Shown in pieces: positions 11,601 through 20,252 of a stretch of DNA of 64,000 nt. The stretch comes from a virus (taxonomy: Duplodnaviria > Caudoviricetes), in the IMG/VR virus record IMGVR_UViG_3300024272_002379; one strand, written 5' to 3'. Both the position numbers and the translations under genes were made by a program. Each line of letters begins with the position of its first letter. The first letter of the stretch is position 1. The notes below the pieces were generated by a model, which saw only the letters and a list, made by a program, of their open reading frames with translations, had not been told where the DNA came from and made no database searches.

Positions 11601-12034
11601 TGTTCATCCTCAGGCCATGACCAAATAATAGTCGTGCTGTCATATGCAACACCGACTAATTTAGGGACTTTTAATACATCATTTCTTGGATGTATGTAAC
11701 ATTTAATTGTAGGTCTAAGAGATAAAGAATTATCATTTCCATCTGATTCAAAGTATACTTCTACTCTATCAGAAAGTCCTACTATTTCAAATTCATCTAC
11801 TTCTACCGAAGTTCGTTCGATACCTAAAGCTGTACAATAAGCATCGACTTCATCCTCAAACATATCCAGAACATATACACCTTGAGACAGTATATGATAA
11901 TTATTATACAGTAGAGCATCTGTTGCTGCTGTTACTTCGGTTTCAAATATTTTATTAAATCTACTTGTACTGTTATCTATTAAATTAACAATAGTAACAA
12001 CGATGTTATACTGAATTATCATTTCCAATACCAC
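5678..12034 (-). CDS. giant baseplate/adhesin protein with FN3, vWA, TSP-C-like lectin and Ig-like domains (likely start 12022)
   Basis: FN3 (TTIIWSW...SYTETGLNPNTPY) ~11400-11680; vWA (VVFVLDKTNS...GATSW...FFSDG) ~10250-10890; DDDINGVIVAY lectin-like segment ~6130-6720; C-terminal Ig-like TDMNG motif. Confidence 0.7.
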   Translation of the reverse strand: MVLEMIIQYNIVVTIVNLIDNSTSRFNKIFETEVTAATDALLYNNYHILSQGVYVLDMFEDEVDAYCTALGIERTSVEVDEFEIVGLSDRVEVYFESDGNDNSLSLRPTIKCYIHPRNDVLKVPKLVGVAYDSTTIIWSWPEDEQYAHYLVEEAVDLSSEADQSKIIAQLPIGATSYTETGLNPNTPYTRRLINYTDEQTSSPSASVTVMTETVDASESLEEYNVPKNYDFTTDDSEREIIEEALEAFHSGIGDGNDLKVYKQMDADFYQKFKAYLELTGKRVQREKHYDQVGFNYKICLEAQETVEEQEGEVTFDLDAYPREDVSIQQYMFGTMPVNVYAKLYATIFLRKAVEAVEPIEVTTLLENWSPGSQPGTFYGNPLNVVFVLDKTNSLEQLPFGNGGPIMKAAVMNCIDTIEAAKGSTTVRYCIIQFAKTAKRLTGFTNAASAKVAVNGIAINGGATSWAAGLNAARDAITSLGADGKFVTYFFSDGFPNTDSNGLIHTNDSPNVTGARHGVVEGNLRNNLVSSANALKGVCEKVACLISDYGGGDYVDPSSGVGYKADYISFCHSTVPTSGGQLTWNDAAGMQRVFIDYIQQFSGSDSSNPIFGGMSPSTEVIYKPYYIDRVKAVQVETELIGPFAFDRDVTPIYYSQKEKRAIIDKDQIIAPHTQTMTPKSVYDLILDAAKLTPEWAAGYNKTIGTTDGRYLIKGLFIKDTYDYADEDIMDDNTFDYSNLEDGKVGSVNVYTDIDQVGTSAEFGDDCYLVSPSNYVYIDGYTDGIIYDGTRFVTTELNAYDHPSEILISTAEDYRGFLLNRKNPDYVYSGLQADITSVIKVLERGDDIWLEGYDGLVKAGDEIMVVGINSDFIAHNDTYFESPILNYRFNLEDPDAKTPFYEILPTCNPNSNYKHIIILHVYYARNVFITNTNNYVEQFGDDPIATTSSEHIPLTEYLYQWTLMYWKHDGQDNGRYIDEYLWFTAKPMLKTRDYYDELPGANMDVFYGLVNGRYRSDNQHGKQDLVVDTPQFNIPTTVHEDTIKIYILITEFYPESALVSYKWENPWNNKDSITNVNGDYVTFYSDSLTYKDMEYYDVVATINMENQEIFDNKTTEKIFEVAKPETSYEYDNYYLAVTTDNSDVLAMRYPTEIAFDENGLTSVGVAFKGVVNATSQWAPRIHNGYYYLNQHEYFAYSEFDVEADFEKLEQKYFKTLNGYITLDVHLRHAATPAESYSITKDTRSELLQDEDAFQWIDGQGVTLKPSIDGVYFREYLTSYYYSPVILFPNILTEAGAFNVTYSFEDGSNYLPMEIRSYITEEGKWSEWTPFENNTVPTVPLSNGYQVRINCQASVLNNDLTTEDYLCCYLDWKDEMDAVNTTNIVTVTDHMIAGPDEGNGIFISKILDFGCETELILDLFESYYSHHIQLYIAYASNADALLLENIKWNNITLAGDIPAHARYFRYKIVIPFGEKLYWLHKRIKTLETHEILPYISGVSMTGVYAPEDVVTNFINTEAFEIPRDGEYHTVFKRVIDVIGADVLSRGYTENEIEYVKVQCTTENTELLYDSGLDMQYPTRHLTTPIKVKSNTAYDIVTKNTPYIRVSPNNVDTEEINITRGTPQQYCPITVEDEYGHTYRQLYDVDQKMYVTDVYIMETKEKYIELKRNDFELESINVYINDNLVTPDCYRIVNHLLIFNDFLAAGDRVEMVYRIPYSFYADIDRVNNTTKLILYMDKDLCQLPDYDSYMEPYSGMSIEQMYMSGLRFSCHVSSDSMHYSPTEEESWAYDTSLGTFSTTINSTNFNGFISNEDPVEAYTHEVTIKSGNSDDDINGVIVAYAFDEYDSPHTLSYIVSRGGFNPDGYTYALVYDWYRPTQKVLCGFTSSIDPSFDGTTHGWSEFPNGIRIRIEKTNNILQCKASMWNRPGVWNNASVLDFDLNSDVDTQIFSGFVYYGYCNQSQANSYYTGIDFQAFIKREIVKKFKVYFETDTRNNKFIASDLSLNPVYRTDYKGFIYLTDEHNEPYSIKIHCNPLRLKAGGYDKVDVSIEVLDIQSNPVISKEVAVDCEYGILNCENYVTDMNGVVHLVYESAYLACIDKLTARVLKDDNTALEQSISIINE

Positions 12035-12037
12035 CTT

Positions 12038-12340
12038 TTAATATATTGTATAGTTGCCGTCCTTTGTGATGTAATATCCGTTATCAAGTAAGTAAAAGCT
12101 TCCAAAAATTATACTCTTAACCTCTTTGACAATTTCATATGCAACACCAATTGGCATTTCACCAGCTACATATTTTTGTTCAATGCTTGCTTTCTTTCTG
12201 AATACAGTAAAGCTTTTAGCAATGATACTTTTTGATGTTTTCTTTTCTGGTTCGATTGTTTCAGGTTCTGCCTTAACATCTTCTGCTTCCAATGGTACTA
12301 CTTTTTCTTCTACTTCTTTTGACTTACTTTTTCTAGCCAT
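12038..12340 (-). CDS. hypothetical protein
   Basis: 100-aa ORF with GAGGAGG RBS, tightly packed between neighbours. Confidence 0.65.
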   Translation of the reverse strand: MARKSKSKEVEEKVVPLEAEDVKAEPETIEPEKKTSKSIIAKSFTVFRKKASIEQKYVAGEMPIGVAYEIVKEVKSIIFGSFYLLDNGYYITKDGNYTIY

Positions 12341-12342
12341 TG

Positions 12343-13704
12343 TTATTCCTCCTCATTGTAAATTGTTCTGATATTCGCTTTTAGCGTAGTTTCATTGATA
12401 CATAATACTTCCCATTCCATATCATATTTATCAGATAATCCGCTTAGTTTGGGAACTATTACTCTGTAAAGTCCGTACTTTTGAAGGTTATTTACTTTAG
12501 ATAAAAATTGACTCCATGACATAAGTAATGTATTTTCAAGTCGTAAATAATCTTCAAACTCTTTTGTCATGTCAATTTCCTCTCCAGTTTCTTTATCAAT
12601 ATAGGTTACTGTAAATGATAAATCTATATAATCTTTCAGGATAACACCTGGAACAGCAAACTCTTGTGTAGCTGTTTCTTGTCCTTCAGAATAGATTACC
12701 GTATACCAGTTCCAGCCTATCTCTGTTACGAAAATAGAAGATATTTGACATTTCTCATGACCAACTCTTATTCGTTTGCCGTCAGGATATATTACATATA
12801 TAACGACATCTTCTTCGTCATAAGATTTTCCAACTTCTATTTTAGCACCTTCATACCAAACATTCAATCTCAAAGAACTAACATTAGTATATGGAACAGT
12901 GATTTGTGTAATGAGATTTTGATATTGAATTTTAAACACACCATTGTTGGTATCTGTAATAACAGGAAAATCTAAGAATTCCCATTCTGTAGGAGAAAGT
13001 CTTATGATTTCTCTTGTATCTGTGGCAACTAAGAATACGCCAGTAACTAGTACTTCATCAGAGTATATTCTGCTCCCGATAGGGAGTATTTCTCCTGTAT
13101 ATTCAGCATCTAGTGCTAATAATTTTGGCAATCCGACAATGATAAAATCAACAGCGAAAACTGTATCTAGTAATAAATCCTCGTACAATAAAGTTTTTGT
13201 ATTATCACCTATTTTATACACCAAATAGTCATCATTTTTAATTTCACAATCATTTGGATTAATAATTTTTATAGAACCGTCATTCAATCTGGCTTTTATA
13301 AGTAAATCATTTTTACTGAAAGTATCTGATACAAATAAATCAGAACCAGTGTATCCTACAGTTATATCTATGATAATAGGCTCAAATGTAATGTGATGAT
13401 TCACTGCTATCTCTTGTGTAATTATACCTTTTGATGCGTCATTAATATCACGACTATGACTTCCATATAAAGTAATGACGCAAGGTGCTGTAATTGTCAA
13501 AGCAATTATTCCACTTGCGTCACTATATACTTCCGTCATATTTGTAATATCAGGTTCGCTGCCGTCATAGGTCATTGCATATTGAATAGATAAGTGATTA
13601 CCTATACATTGATTGCCATTATCATCATATCCTTTAAATATAATAGGAAAAGCTCCTAATTGCTTTGCCCATTCATTAACTCCTGGGGTAATTGATAATG
13701 CCAT
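12343..13704 (-). CDS. bacterial Ig-like repeat structural protein
   Basis: Three repeats (YTGSDL / YTGEIL / YEGAKI ... V.V.YPDG) typical of Ig-like domains; TAATG coupling to the upstream gene. Confidence 0.6.
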   Translation of the reverse strand: MALSITPGVNEWAKQLGAFPIIFKGYDDNGNQCIGNHLSIQYAMTYDGSEPDITNMTEVYSDASGIIALTITAPCVITLYGSHSRDINDASKGIITQEIAVNHHITFEPIIIDITVGYTGSDLFVSDTFSKNDLLIKARLNDGSIKIINPNDCEIKNDDYLVYKIGDNTKTLLYEDLLLDTVFAVDFIIVGLPKLLALDAEYTGEILPIGSRIYSDEVLVTGVFLVATDTREIIRLSPTEWEFLDFPVITDTNNGVFKIQYQNLITQITVPYTNVSSLRLNVWYEGAKIEVGKSYDEEDVVIYVIYPDGKRIRVGHEKCQISSIFVTEIGWNWYTVIYSEGQETATQEFAVPGVILKDYIDLSFTVTYIDKETGEEIDMTKEFEDYLRLENTLLMSWSQFLSKVNNLQKYGLYRVIVPKLSGLSDKYDMEWEVLCINETTLKANIRTIYNEEE

Positions 13705-14816
13705 TATTTCACCTTCTTATAATTTTTAAAACCTTGAATAGAGCCATCATATAAATGAGGAATAAAACCTGTTCCTGATACGCTTGATTCATTCTGGTCC
13801 CAGTAGTGCTCATTCCAATGAAAATGATTCCAGAATATAGGAGACTCTGAATTCAATATGTCTATATACTGCTTTAACTTTGTTTTAGGTTTTCCTTCAA
13901 TGGTAAACAGCTCGTTATACAATTTAATATCTTCACGATTATGTAGCTGATGCATTTCTAATCCGTAAACATAACTTACAGTACATTCTTTACGAATCTT
14001 TTTATCATTAAAGGCTTTAAGTAATACCGTGCCTGCACTAGTTAAGAACACTCTTGATGAGTCAATTGGTTCTCCATCAACTGTGATAGAATTTAAGACT
14101 ATCATAGCATCTTCTAATTCCAAATCTCTTGCTGGATTAGTCCAAATAAGATTTCTACGTATAGCCAATTCTCTACCAATACCATTGATTAATCCTGGTT
14201 TGCTGGCACCTGCCTTATTCGTGAATACATCCATAATACGCTTTTTATATTCGATATTAGGTTCTTCGAATAATCTAGGACAAGATACCAATGCTCCTAA
14301 TTCATCAAAGAAATTCCAAACTTGATGAGGCATTAATGGTCTGACATATTCACTGTCATCTTTGAAGATAAGTTTAATTTTACCATTGTCGTTAATAGCA
14401 TCTGCATTGAATTTTTGTCTTACATAAATGATATTGCGTTTCTCATCTACGAAATAGAATTCAAATGAATGCATATTTCGATTCTGAATATTCTGGTCTA
14501 TGCCAAAGAACTCTTTGATACTTTTGGTCCTGATAAGCTGGGCATTATTTGCAAATACAGACTTAAGTTCCGACACCTTAAGAGGCATCGGAACAATGGT
14601 CTTATAGCAAAAATCTACTTGAGATATGTCTGCTGTATTTATGTAACATTGATTATAAGCATAGTCGATTACATATCTTGCGTCGTCTAATTCAAGACCG
14701 CATATATTTAAGAATCTTGCACCAATACTATCTTCTGATTCTTTACGAATCTTAAACCAATGAGGTAGTGCATTTAATATCGCATTTGTGTGACGTGCAA
14801 AAGTTAAGTCTGCCAT
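13704..14816 (-). CDS. baseplate wedge protein (P2 gpI-like N-terminal region)
   Basis: FDELGALVSCPRLFEEPNIEYKKRI motif of gpI/gp7-like wedge proteins; baseplate context. Confidence 0.55.
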   Translation of the reverse strand: MADLTFARHTNAILNALPHWFKIRKESEDSIGARFLNICGLELDDARYVIDYAYNQCYINTADISQVDFCYKTIVPMPLKVSELKSVFANNAQLIRTKSIKEFFGIDQNIQNRNMHSFEFYFVDEKRNIIYVRQKFNADAINDNGKIKLIFKDDSEYVRPLMPHQVWNFFDELGALVSCPRLFEEPNIEYKKRIMDVFTNKAGASKPGLINGIGRELAIRRNLIWTNPARDLELEDAMIVLNSITVDGEPIDSSRVFLTSAGTVLLKAFNDKKIRKECTVSYVYGLEMHQLHNREDIKLYNELFTIEGKPKTKLKQYIDILNSESPIFWNHFHWNEHYWDQNESSVSGTGFIPHLYDGSIQGFKNYKKVK

Positions 14817-14826
14817 AATTTCACTC

Positions 14827-15225
14827 CTATCCGTTCCAACGAGACTTTGTTTCTCTTACATCAATATGAGTAAAAGTTGCATAAGCACCTATACCGCCTG
14901 TATTTACTAACAAAGTTTCTGCGAACTTTACAACTTCTTTTGGGGAAATTCCACTTACCACTATATCTGCCGCTGTACCGTATAAATGTTGTGATTGTGC
15001 AGCTCCACCTACTTTTTTGTTGTGACTAGGTGTACGATATGCTGAATTAATTATAACAGGTTTGCCAAAGTGTGAACGAATTTTTTGTAAGATTTCTACT
15101 AATTCTGGAGCGATAAAGATTACATCACTACCATCCTGACAAGCAAACTCTCTTACTTTAAAGTTTGTAGATACTTGTTTGTTTCCGTCTACTTTTTTTG
15201 AATAGGCATATATTACTGGTTTCAT
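14827..15225 (-). CDS. Zn-dependent peptidase M15A (endolysin-like)
   Basis: NFKVREFAC, INSAYRTPSHN, SQHLYGTAADI and FTHIDVR motifs; start moved to ATG 15225, which follows an AGGAGG RBS. Confidence 0.9.
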   Translation of the reverse strand: MKPVIYAYSKKVDGNKQVSTNFKVREFACQDGSDVIFIAPELVEILQKIRSHFGKPVIINSAYRTPSHNKKVGGAAQSQHLYGTAADIVVSGISPKEVVKFAETLLVNTGGIGAYATFTHIDVRETKSRWNG

Positions 15226-15235
15226 AAAATACCTC

Positions 15236-15793
15236 CTAACTTTGTTTTTGAAGATTTCCATGCCATTTTCTTAGCAAATATATTCTTCTTAAAATAAGGT
15301 TTTTTCTTTCTTCTGAAAAGTAATTTGATGTATTGATTATTTCAGTAAAAACTGGAATATATTCGTCAACTGTTAAATTAAGGTATCTTAACAGTTGACC
15401 TATATATTCAATATTATTAACTTTAAATTTTACCAAGGCTGCGGCACATTCATGAGCAAGCAAATCTTCTGGAGCTAAAAAATAGAATTCGTCTTTTTTA
15501 ATAGCTCTATCTTTGTACCCTTGAGGGCCAAAGCACTTATCAACAATATCTATAGAACTAGTTTTTGTTATATTTTCTGCATCAATATCAGTAAAAATAT
15601 CAACATCATGAATATGTTTTAGTATGAAGTAATCCATGAAACTAGCACAACTTGAACCGCCTATAATAAAATCTTTTGTAGATAAATTATTAGCAATTTG
15701 GAATTCTTTTACTTTTCGCAATATAATTCTATTATTTCGATTATGTAGTTCACTATATTTATCGTAGTTTTGATACGAAAATGATATTGCCAT
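15236..15793 (-). CDS. putative Pol-beta-fold nucleotidyltransferase
   Basis: hIGGS motif followed by HDVDIF (GS...DxD signature). Confidence 0.55.
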   Translation of the reverse strand: MAISFSYQNYDKYSELHNRNNRIILRKVKEFQIANNLSTKDFIIGGSSCASFMDYFILKHIHDVDIFTDIDAENITKTSSIDIVDKCFGPQGYKDRAIKKDEFYFLAPEDLLAHECAAALVKFKVNNIEYIGQLLRYLNLTVDEYIPVFTEIINTSNYFSEERKNLILRRIYLLRKWHGNLQKQS

Positions 15794-15804
15794 TTTGTCT
15801 CCTT

Positions 15805-17754
15805 TTATACAAGGTTACTTGCGTCTATGGTACTTCTTACGTCTACTATTGAAACATCTTGCTTAGCACCATTCCATCCTATAATGGTCACAAAAACACT
15901 TATTCCAAGGGTTGAATCATTATTAATAATTGAACACGATATAGTACCGTTATTTAAACCACCTATATAAAAATTAACCCATTCTTGCGTGCTAGAAGCC
16001 ATGCATGTAATACTTTCGTAATTATTAAAAGATTCCCATGAACAAATTTGTCCTGCTACTTTTAATGGTGTTCCTGTGGATGTTATATCTTCAGATTGTA
16101 TTACCATCATCCAATAGTCACATTCTTTAGCTGCGTCAAATACATCTTGCATAGTAGTTGAACTTACATCATATGTTGTCTGTGTTGCTGCATCACAATT
16201 GAATTCAAATATACCATGCACAGATTTGCTAGAACTAGCCCCTGCATTATAACCGTAGTCATAACCTTCGTCATAACCTGCTTCGAATCCTCGGTCATAA
16301 ATTACTTCTTTACATTGTCCATTATCTATTTTAATTTGCGTATGGTAACCTGCTGGAATATCAAACAATAAAGGGTCTTGACCATATTCAAGTTGTTGGT
16401 CAACTACCACATATGGTTTAGAAGAATAATCTGCCATTGTACCAGTAATAGCAACGCCAGAATTATTTGTAAATGTTTTACCAGCTAAAACGTTTGCCGC
16501 TACAGCAGTACCTTTCTTTGTTTCTAAGATACCATCCTGTCTTCCTTTATCAAATATATCATCTAATCCTGCTGCAAAATATGCCATTTCCCAGTCTGTA
16601 GTTGCTTCTATATCGTAATTAGCATAGCCACCTATCATTATATTTTTTGCATCTAGTATACCATCTTGCTTTCCTTCGCTATAAGAATCATTGCAAGCAT
16701 CTGTACTATCAACCTGAATTTTTGTATGATAACCATCTGGAATGTCGATAATGTCATTTCCGCCTGTTGCTTTTACAGTTTGAACGCTTGATGAGTAATC
16801 TGTCATTGTACCAGTTACTTTAGCTCCGTCAACATAAGCTGTCTTGCCTTTTAAGATTTGAGCTGCTGTTGCTGTCCCATCTGTCTGAGAAGCCAATGTG
16901 TTAGCTGTTATTTTACCAGTACCATCATGAAATCCTTTCGGTATAGTAAATGACTCGCCACAATTTAGAGATGCTGTTTTAGAACCATTATTTGTCATTG
17001 TGCCAGTCAAACCTATAGAGGAACTATTAGTAAACGTTTTATCAGCTAATACGTTTTCAGCTACGGCATTTCCTTTTTTAGCAGCCGTAACACCAGCATT
17101 ATAGTTGTTTGCTGCTATTGCCTTAATGTTGCTTGTCATTGTTGCGAAAGTGGCATCTGCTGCTGTCGTCACACCGTTATCAGTGATGGCAGATGCAATA
17201 GACGATTTTCCATCACTGACAGATTTTTTTACATTAGTAAGTTCTGTCTGTAAAGTCTCAAATAAGATTTGTAACGCATCAATTAATGTTTTAAGAGCAA
17301 CACCTTGAGCTGCCGATAAAGGCTTTGATGATACATTTGTTGTAAGGTTGTCAATAATATCTGCCGTATTGACTTTGCCTGTAGTAATGGCATCAATGAG
17401 GTCTTTGTTTGATTTTACATAAGCAACAAGTTCACTCATTTGGTCTAGTGATTCATCATCACTATCTAGTAAGGTATTTACTCTATTAACCAATTCTGTA
17501 ATGAGCACTCGAATATCATTATGTGCCGATGCGGAAATATTATGAGATGTAATATTGTTAGAGGCAGCTCCACTTGGCTCAGCTCCTATATCAGAAGCAG
17601 TGAGTGTAATGTCCTCAGTTAATGGCTTGCCGTTAATAGTTCTTGTGGTTGGAACTTTGTCATTAACGTTATTTAATAATGCTGATACTTTGCTGTTAAT
17701 AAATGTTTTGATTTGGAGAATAGCATCTCCGAATTGCTCTTTACTTATTCCCAT
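15805..17754 (-). CDS. tail fibre protein with internal repeats
   Basis: VPTTRTINGKPLTEDITL fibre motif, LSAAQGVALK segment, three A..VL.GKT...TGTM repeats, GxxxG run. Confidence 0.75.
   Translation of the reverse strand: MGISKEQFGDAILQIKTFINSKVSALLNNVNDKVPTTRTINGKPLTEDITLTASDIGAEPSGAASNNITSHNISASAHNDIRVLITELVNRVNTLLDSDDESLDQMSELVAYVKSNKDLIDAITTGKVNTADIIDNLTTNVSSKPLSAAQGVALKTLIDALQILFETLQTELTNVKKSVSDGKSSIASAITDNGVTTAADATFATMTSNIKAIAANNYNAGVTAAKKGNAVAENVLADKTFTNSSSIGLTGTMTNNGSKTASLNCGESFTIPKGFHDGTGKITANTLASQTDGTATAAQILKGKTAYVDGAKVTGTMTDYSSSVQTVKATGGNDIIDIPDGYHTKIQVDSTDACNDSYSEGKQDGILDAKNIMIGGYANYDIEATTDWEMAYFAAGLDDIFDKGRQDGILETKKGTAVAANVLAGKTFTNNSGVAITGTMADYSSKPYVVVDQQLEYGQDPLLFDIPAGYHTQIKIDNGQCKEVIYDRGFEAGYDEGYDYGYNAGASSSKSVHGIFEFNCDAATQTTYDVSSTTMQDVFDAAKECDYWMMVIQSEDITSTGTPLKVAGQICSWESFNNYESITCMASSTQEWVNFYIGGLNNGTISCSIINNDSTLGISVFVTIIGWNGAKQDVSIVDVRSTIDASNLV
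16420..17082 (-). repeat. three imperfect ~30-codon fibre repeats
   Basis: KKGNAVAENVLADKTFTNSSSIGLTGTMTN; GTATAAQILKGKTAYVDGAKVTGTMTDYSS; KKGTAVAANVLAGKTFTNNSGVAITGTMADYSS. Confidence 0.8.
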
Positions 17755-19634
17755 TATTCTTCCCCTCCTAATATATCTGTAACCATATTTGATATTTCTT
17801 CATCGGTATATGAAGGTCCAGAATTAATTGTACCTTCTGCCGTTGTGCGGTATTTAATACCTACAATTTTGTAGATTTTAGCATAAGTATTTTTGTCAAT
17901 AACGACCTCAGTATCAGACGAAAAATGAAGATGTACCCAGTTTTGATTATAAGTAGAAGACATGGCATCATTACAGAAAGTAAATTCAATTTTTTTACCT
18001 TCTGTTATTTCTTCAGTAGGGAATTCGTGAAAATTCTTTGAATTGTTTTCATCATCATTCCAACAACTTCTAATTTGAATATAATCATAATTTTTAACAC
18101 TATCAGACAAAGTAGCACTACCAGTAGTAAAAGAACCCTCAAATAATACTGTTTCTTTTCTTAAACCAAATACATTCATAAAATATGTTGGTTCATATTT
18201 GATACAAGAATAAGAATGTGAAGAAGCGATATTGCCAAATAGTCTTACATCTCCTAATCCAAAATTATAATTACTTGCACCATAAGTTGTTTTAATAGCT
18301 ATTCTAAAGATACTATACGCTTCAGTGGATGTTATTTCATAATCATAATATTTAGTATGGTCATTAGGTAGGGTGCTCGTTAGTAATGTATCAAATTTAA
18401 CTCCATCTTTAGACGCTTGCAATTCAAAGTCTTTACATCTGTAGATAGAGTTATACATGTAATTTCTCAGGCTAATTTTATTTATGACTCTATCTTTACC
18501 ATCTGTAAATTGTACTTGTACATATCCAGGAGTTTCTCCTGATGGATACGAATTAGAAAGCCATCCTGTTGTATCATCTCTATCGAATACATAATATCCA
18601 TTGTACGAATGTTCGCTGTCTTGTGTGACCTTGCAAATATCACTAGAATAATTAATCATTTTTGGCACTAGACCATATACATCATTGTCTTCTTCTGTAC
18701 TATTTATTTTAGGTACAGCAAAAGTAGTTACGCCATCTCCACCAAAGTAATTTATAGAACCAGTAGAATCTGCAATACATTGTGCAAGATGTGGATAATC
18801 TGCAATGTTATATTCACTACCATCACATATTAAATAATGTTTAGGAGCTTTAGTTCCCATATAAGATATAATATGACCTACTGGTGTATCTTCTAAACCT
18901 TGTGTTGTGTTAATATGCTCTACTGGGTCTATAGTCGTTACACGCCCTATTTCTTCCACAATAAAATAATTACCTTCAGTAGAGTATATTCTTTGTTTGC
19001 CTTCTTGAAACGTTACTTTTATTTGTATTTCGCAATCGTTTTCTGGAATGTAAATACCATTACCGTTTGTATTTGATGCTGTAGTGTCATAACTAGCTGC
19101 CGATTTGATAAAGGTAATTATTTGTTTATTATTAGTTACGTCAAAAATACTAAAACCACAATATCCTTTAGTGGCAGTGTATATATCAGCGGAAATTTTA
19201 TATGTTTTGCCAGCTTTTAATGTAATTGAGTAATTCGTTTCATTGGTTTTCATATTGCCATTGACTTTAGTAAATGGTAAAACATAACCAACGCTTAAGT
19301 CAGCGTTTTCAGTATTTGACAACATTAAATAGCAATAATCTAATTCAGTATTTAAATATTTTTGACTTCTGGAAATTGAATTAGTAATAGTTTCTAATTG
19401 CTGTATAATTTCTGTTTTATCTTCTACATATAAAGTTCCATCTTCCTGTTGTTTAATAGCATTCCCTTCAAGGTTTGAAAGGTTAACACCGTTAAATTCT
19501 TTAAGTTCTCCATTATCAGACAACTTAATAGAGTTACAATGCTTACAAATATACAAGTAGTCGTATCCAGCATTTTCTTTTTCCCTATAGGATTGAAAAT
19601 GCTCTTCTGAATTAATCTCTATAATTTTTAACAT
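17754..19634 (-). CDS. tail collar domain protein with a discoidin (F5/8-like) domain
   Basis: PVGHIISYMGTKAPKHYLICDGSEY...YPHL tail-collar motif; VFDRDDTTGW...KDFELQASKDG discoidin motif. Confidence 0.8.
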   Translation of the reverse strand: MLKIIEINSEEHFQSYREKENAGYDYLYICKHCNSIKLSDNGELKEFNGVNLSNLEGNAIKQQEDGTLYVEDKTEIIQQLETITNSISRSQKYLNTELDYCYLMLSNTENADLSVGYVLPFTKVNGNMKTNETNYSITLKAGKTYKISADIYTATKGYCGFSIFDVTNNKQIITFIKSAASYDTTASNTNGNGIYIPENDCEIQIKVTFQEGKQRIYSTEGNYFIVEEIGRVTTIDPVEHINTTQGLEDTPVGHIISYMGTKAPKHYLICDGSEYNIADYPHLAQCIADSTGSINYFGGDGVTTFAVPKINSTEEDNDVYGLVPKMINYSSDICKVTQDSEHSYNGYYVFDRDDTTGWLSNSYPSGETPGYVQVQFTDGKDRVINKISLRNYMYNSIYRCKDFELQASKDGVKFDTLLTSTLPNDHTKYYDYEITSTEAYSIFRIAIKTTYGASNYNFGLGDVRLFGNIASSHSYSCIKYEPTYFMNVFGLRKETVLFEGSFTTGSATLSDSVKNYDYIQIRSCWNDDENNSKNFHEFPTEEITEGKKIEFTFCNDAMSSTYNQNWVHLHFSSDTEVVIDKNTYAKIYKIVGIKYRTTAEGTINSGPSYTDEEISNMVTDILGGEE

Positions 19635-19645
19635 GACTGCCTCCT

Positions 19646-20209
19646 TTATTGTTCTGCATCATTAGATATCAGACAATGTTTTTGTATCAATTTATGATTT
19701 TTAATAGCATTCAATACAGTAGATTTTATTGTTTCAGATATATGAACTAATGGTCCTAATACTTGAAATTCAAAAGAAGCATTACCCGATTCTTGTGTTA
19801 GCATAATTCTTTTTATTTTAATAGGTTGTTCAGAAGACCATCCTATTTTGTTTTTCTTCCAGCTTAAGCCATTTGAATAATCTGAAATATAGTTTAAAGT
19901 TACATTAGGAAACTCATTTAGATTGGAGCTTAATTCTAATGAGTCATCTTCTGAATAATAAACAGTTGTTGTAGTATAAAGATTCCCCCAATGTTGAGTA
20001 GTATAGTCTATTATTTCGTTTATTAAATGTGGAGAGTTAAACACTATTAGAGCTCTTGTTCCACCTAACCAATTATATCCCTTACCGTCTCTAAGAGCGT
20101 TATTAATAAGTTCATTATCCACTAAACTTTCGGGTTTGCATCCATCTTTGTAACTATCTGCGGTTATACTATATAAATCTGTTAAACAAAAATTAACTTT
20201 TTCATTCAT
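19646..20209 (-). CDS. small putative receptor-binding protein with C-terminal AIKNHKL tag
   Basis: Discoidin-like pattern (LVDN...VYYSED...FEFQVLG); shared tag. Confidence 0.6.
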   Translation of the reverse strand: MNEKVNFCLTDLYSITADSYKDGCKPESLVDNELINNALRDGKGYNWLGGTRALIVFNSPHLINEIIDYTTQHWGNLYTTTTVYYSEDDSLELSSNLNEFPNVTLNYISDYSNGLSWKKNKIGWSSEQPIKIKRIMLTQESGNASFEFQVLGPLVHISETIKSTVLNAIKNHKLIQKHCLISNDAEQ

Positions 20210-20252
20210 TATTAGTCACCTCATAAAAATAATGATATATATTTTTATATTG

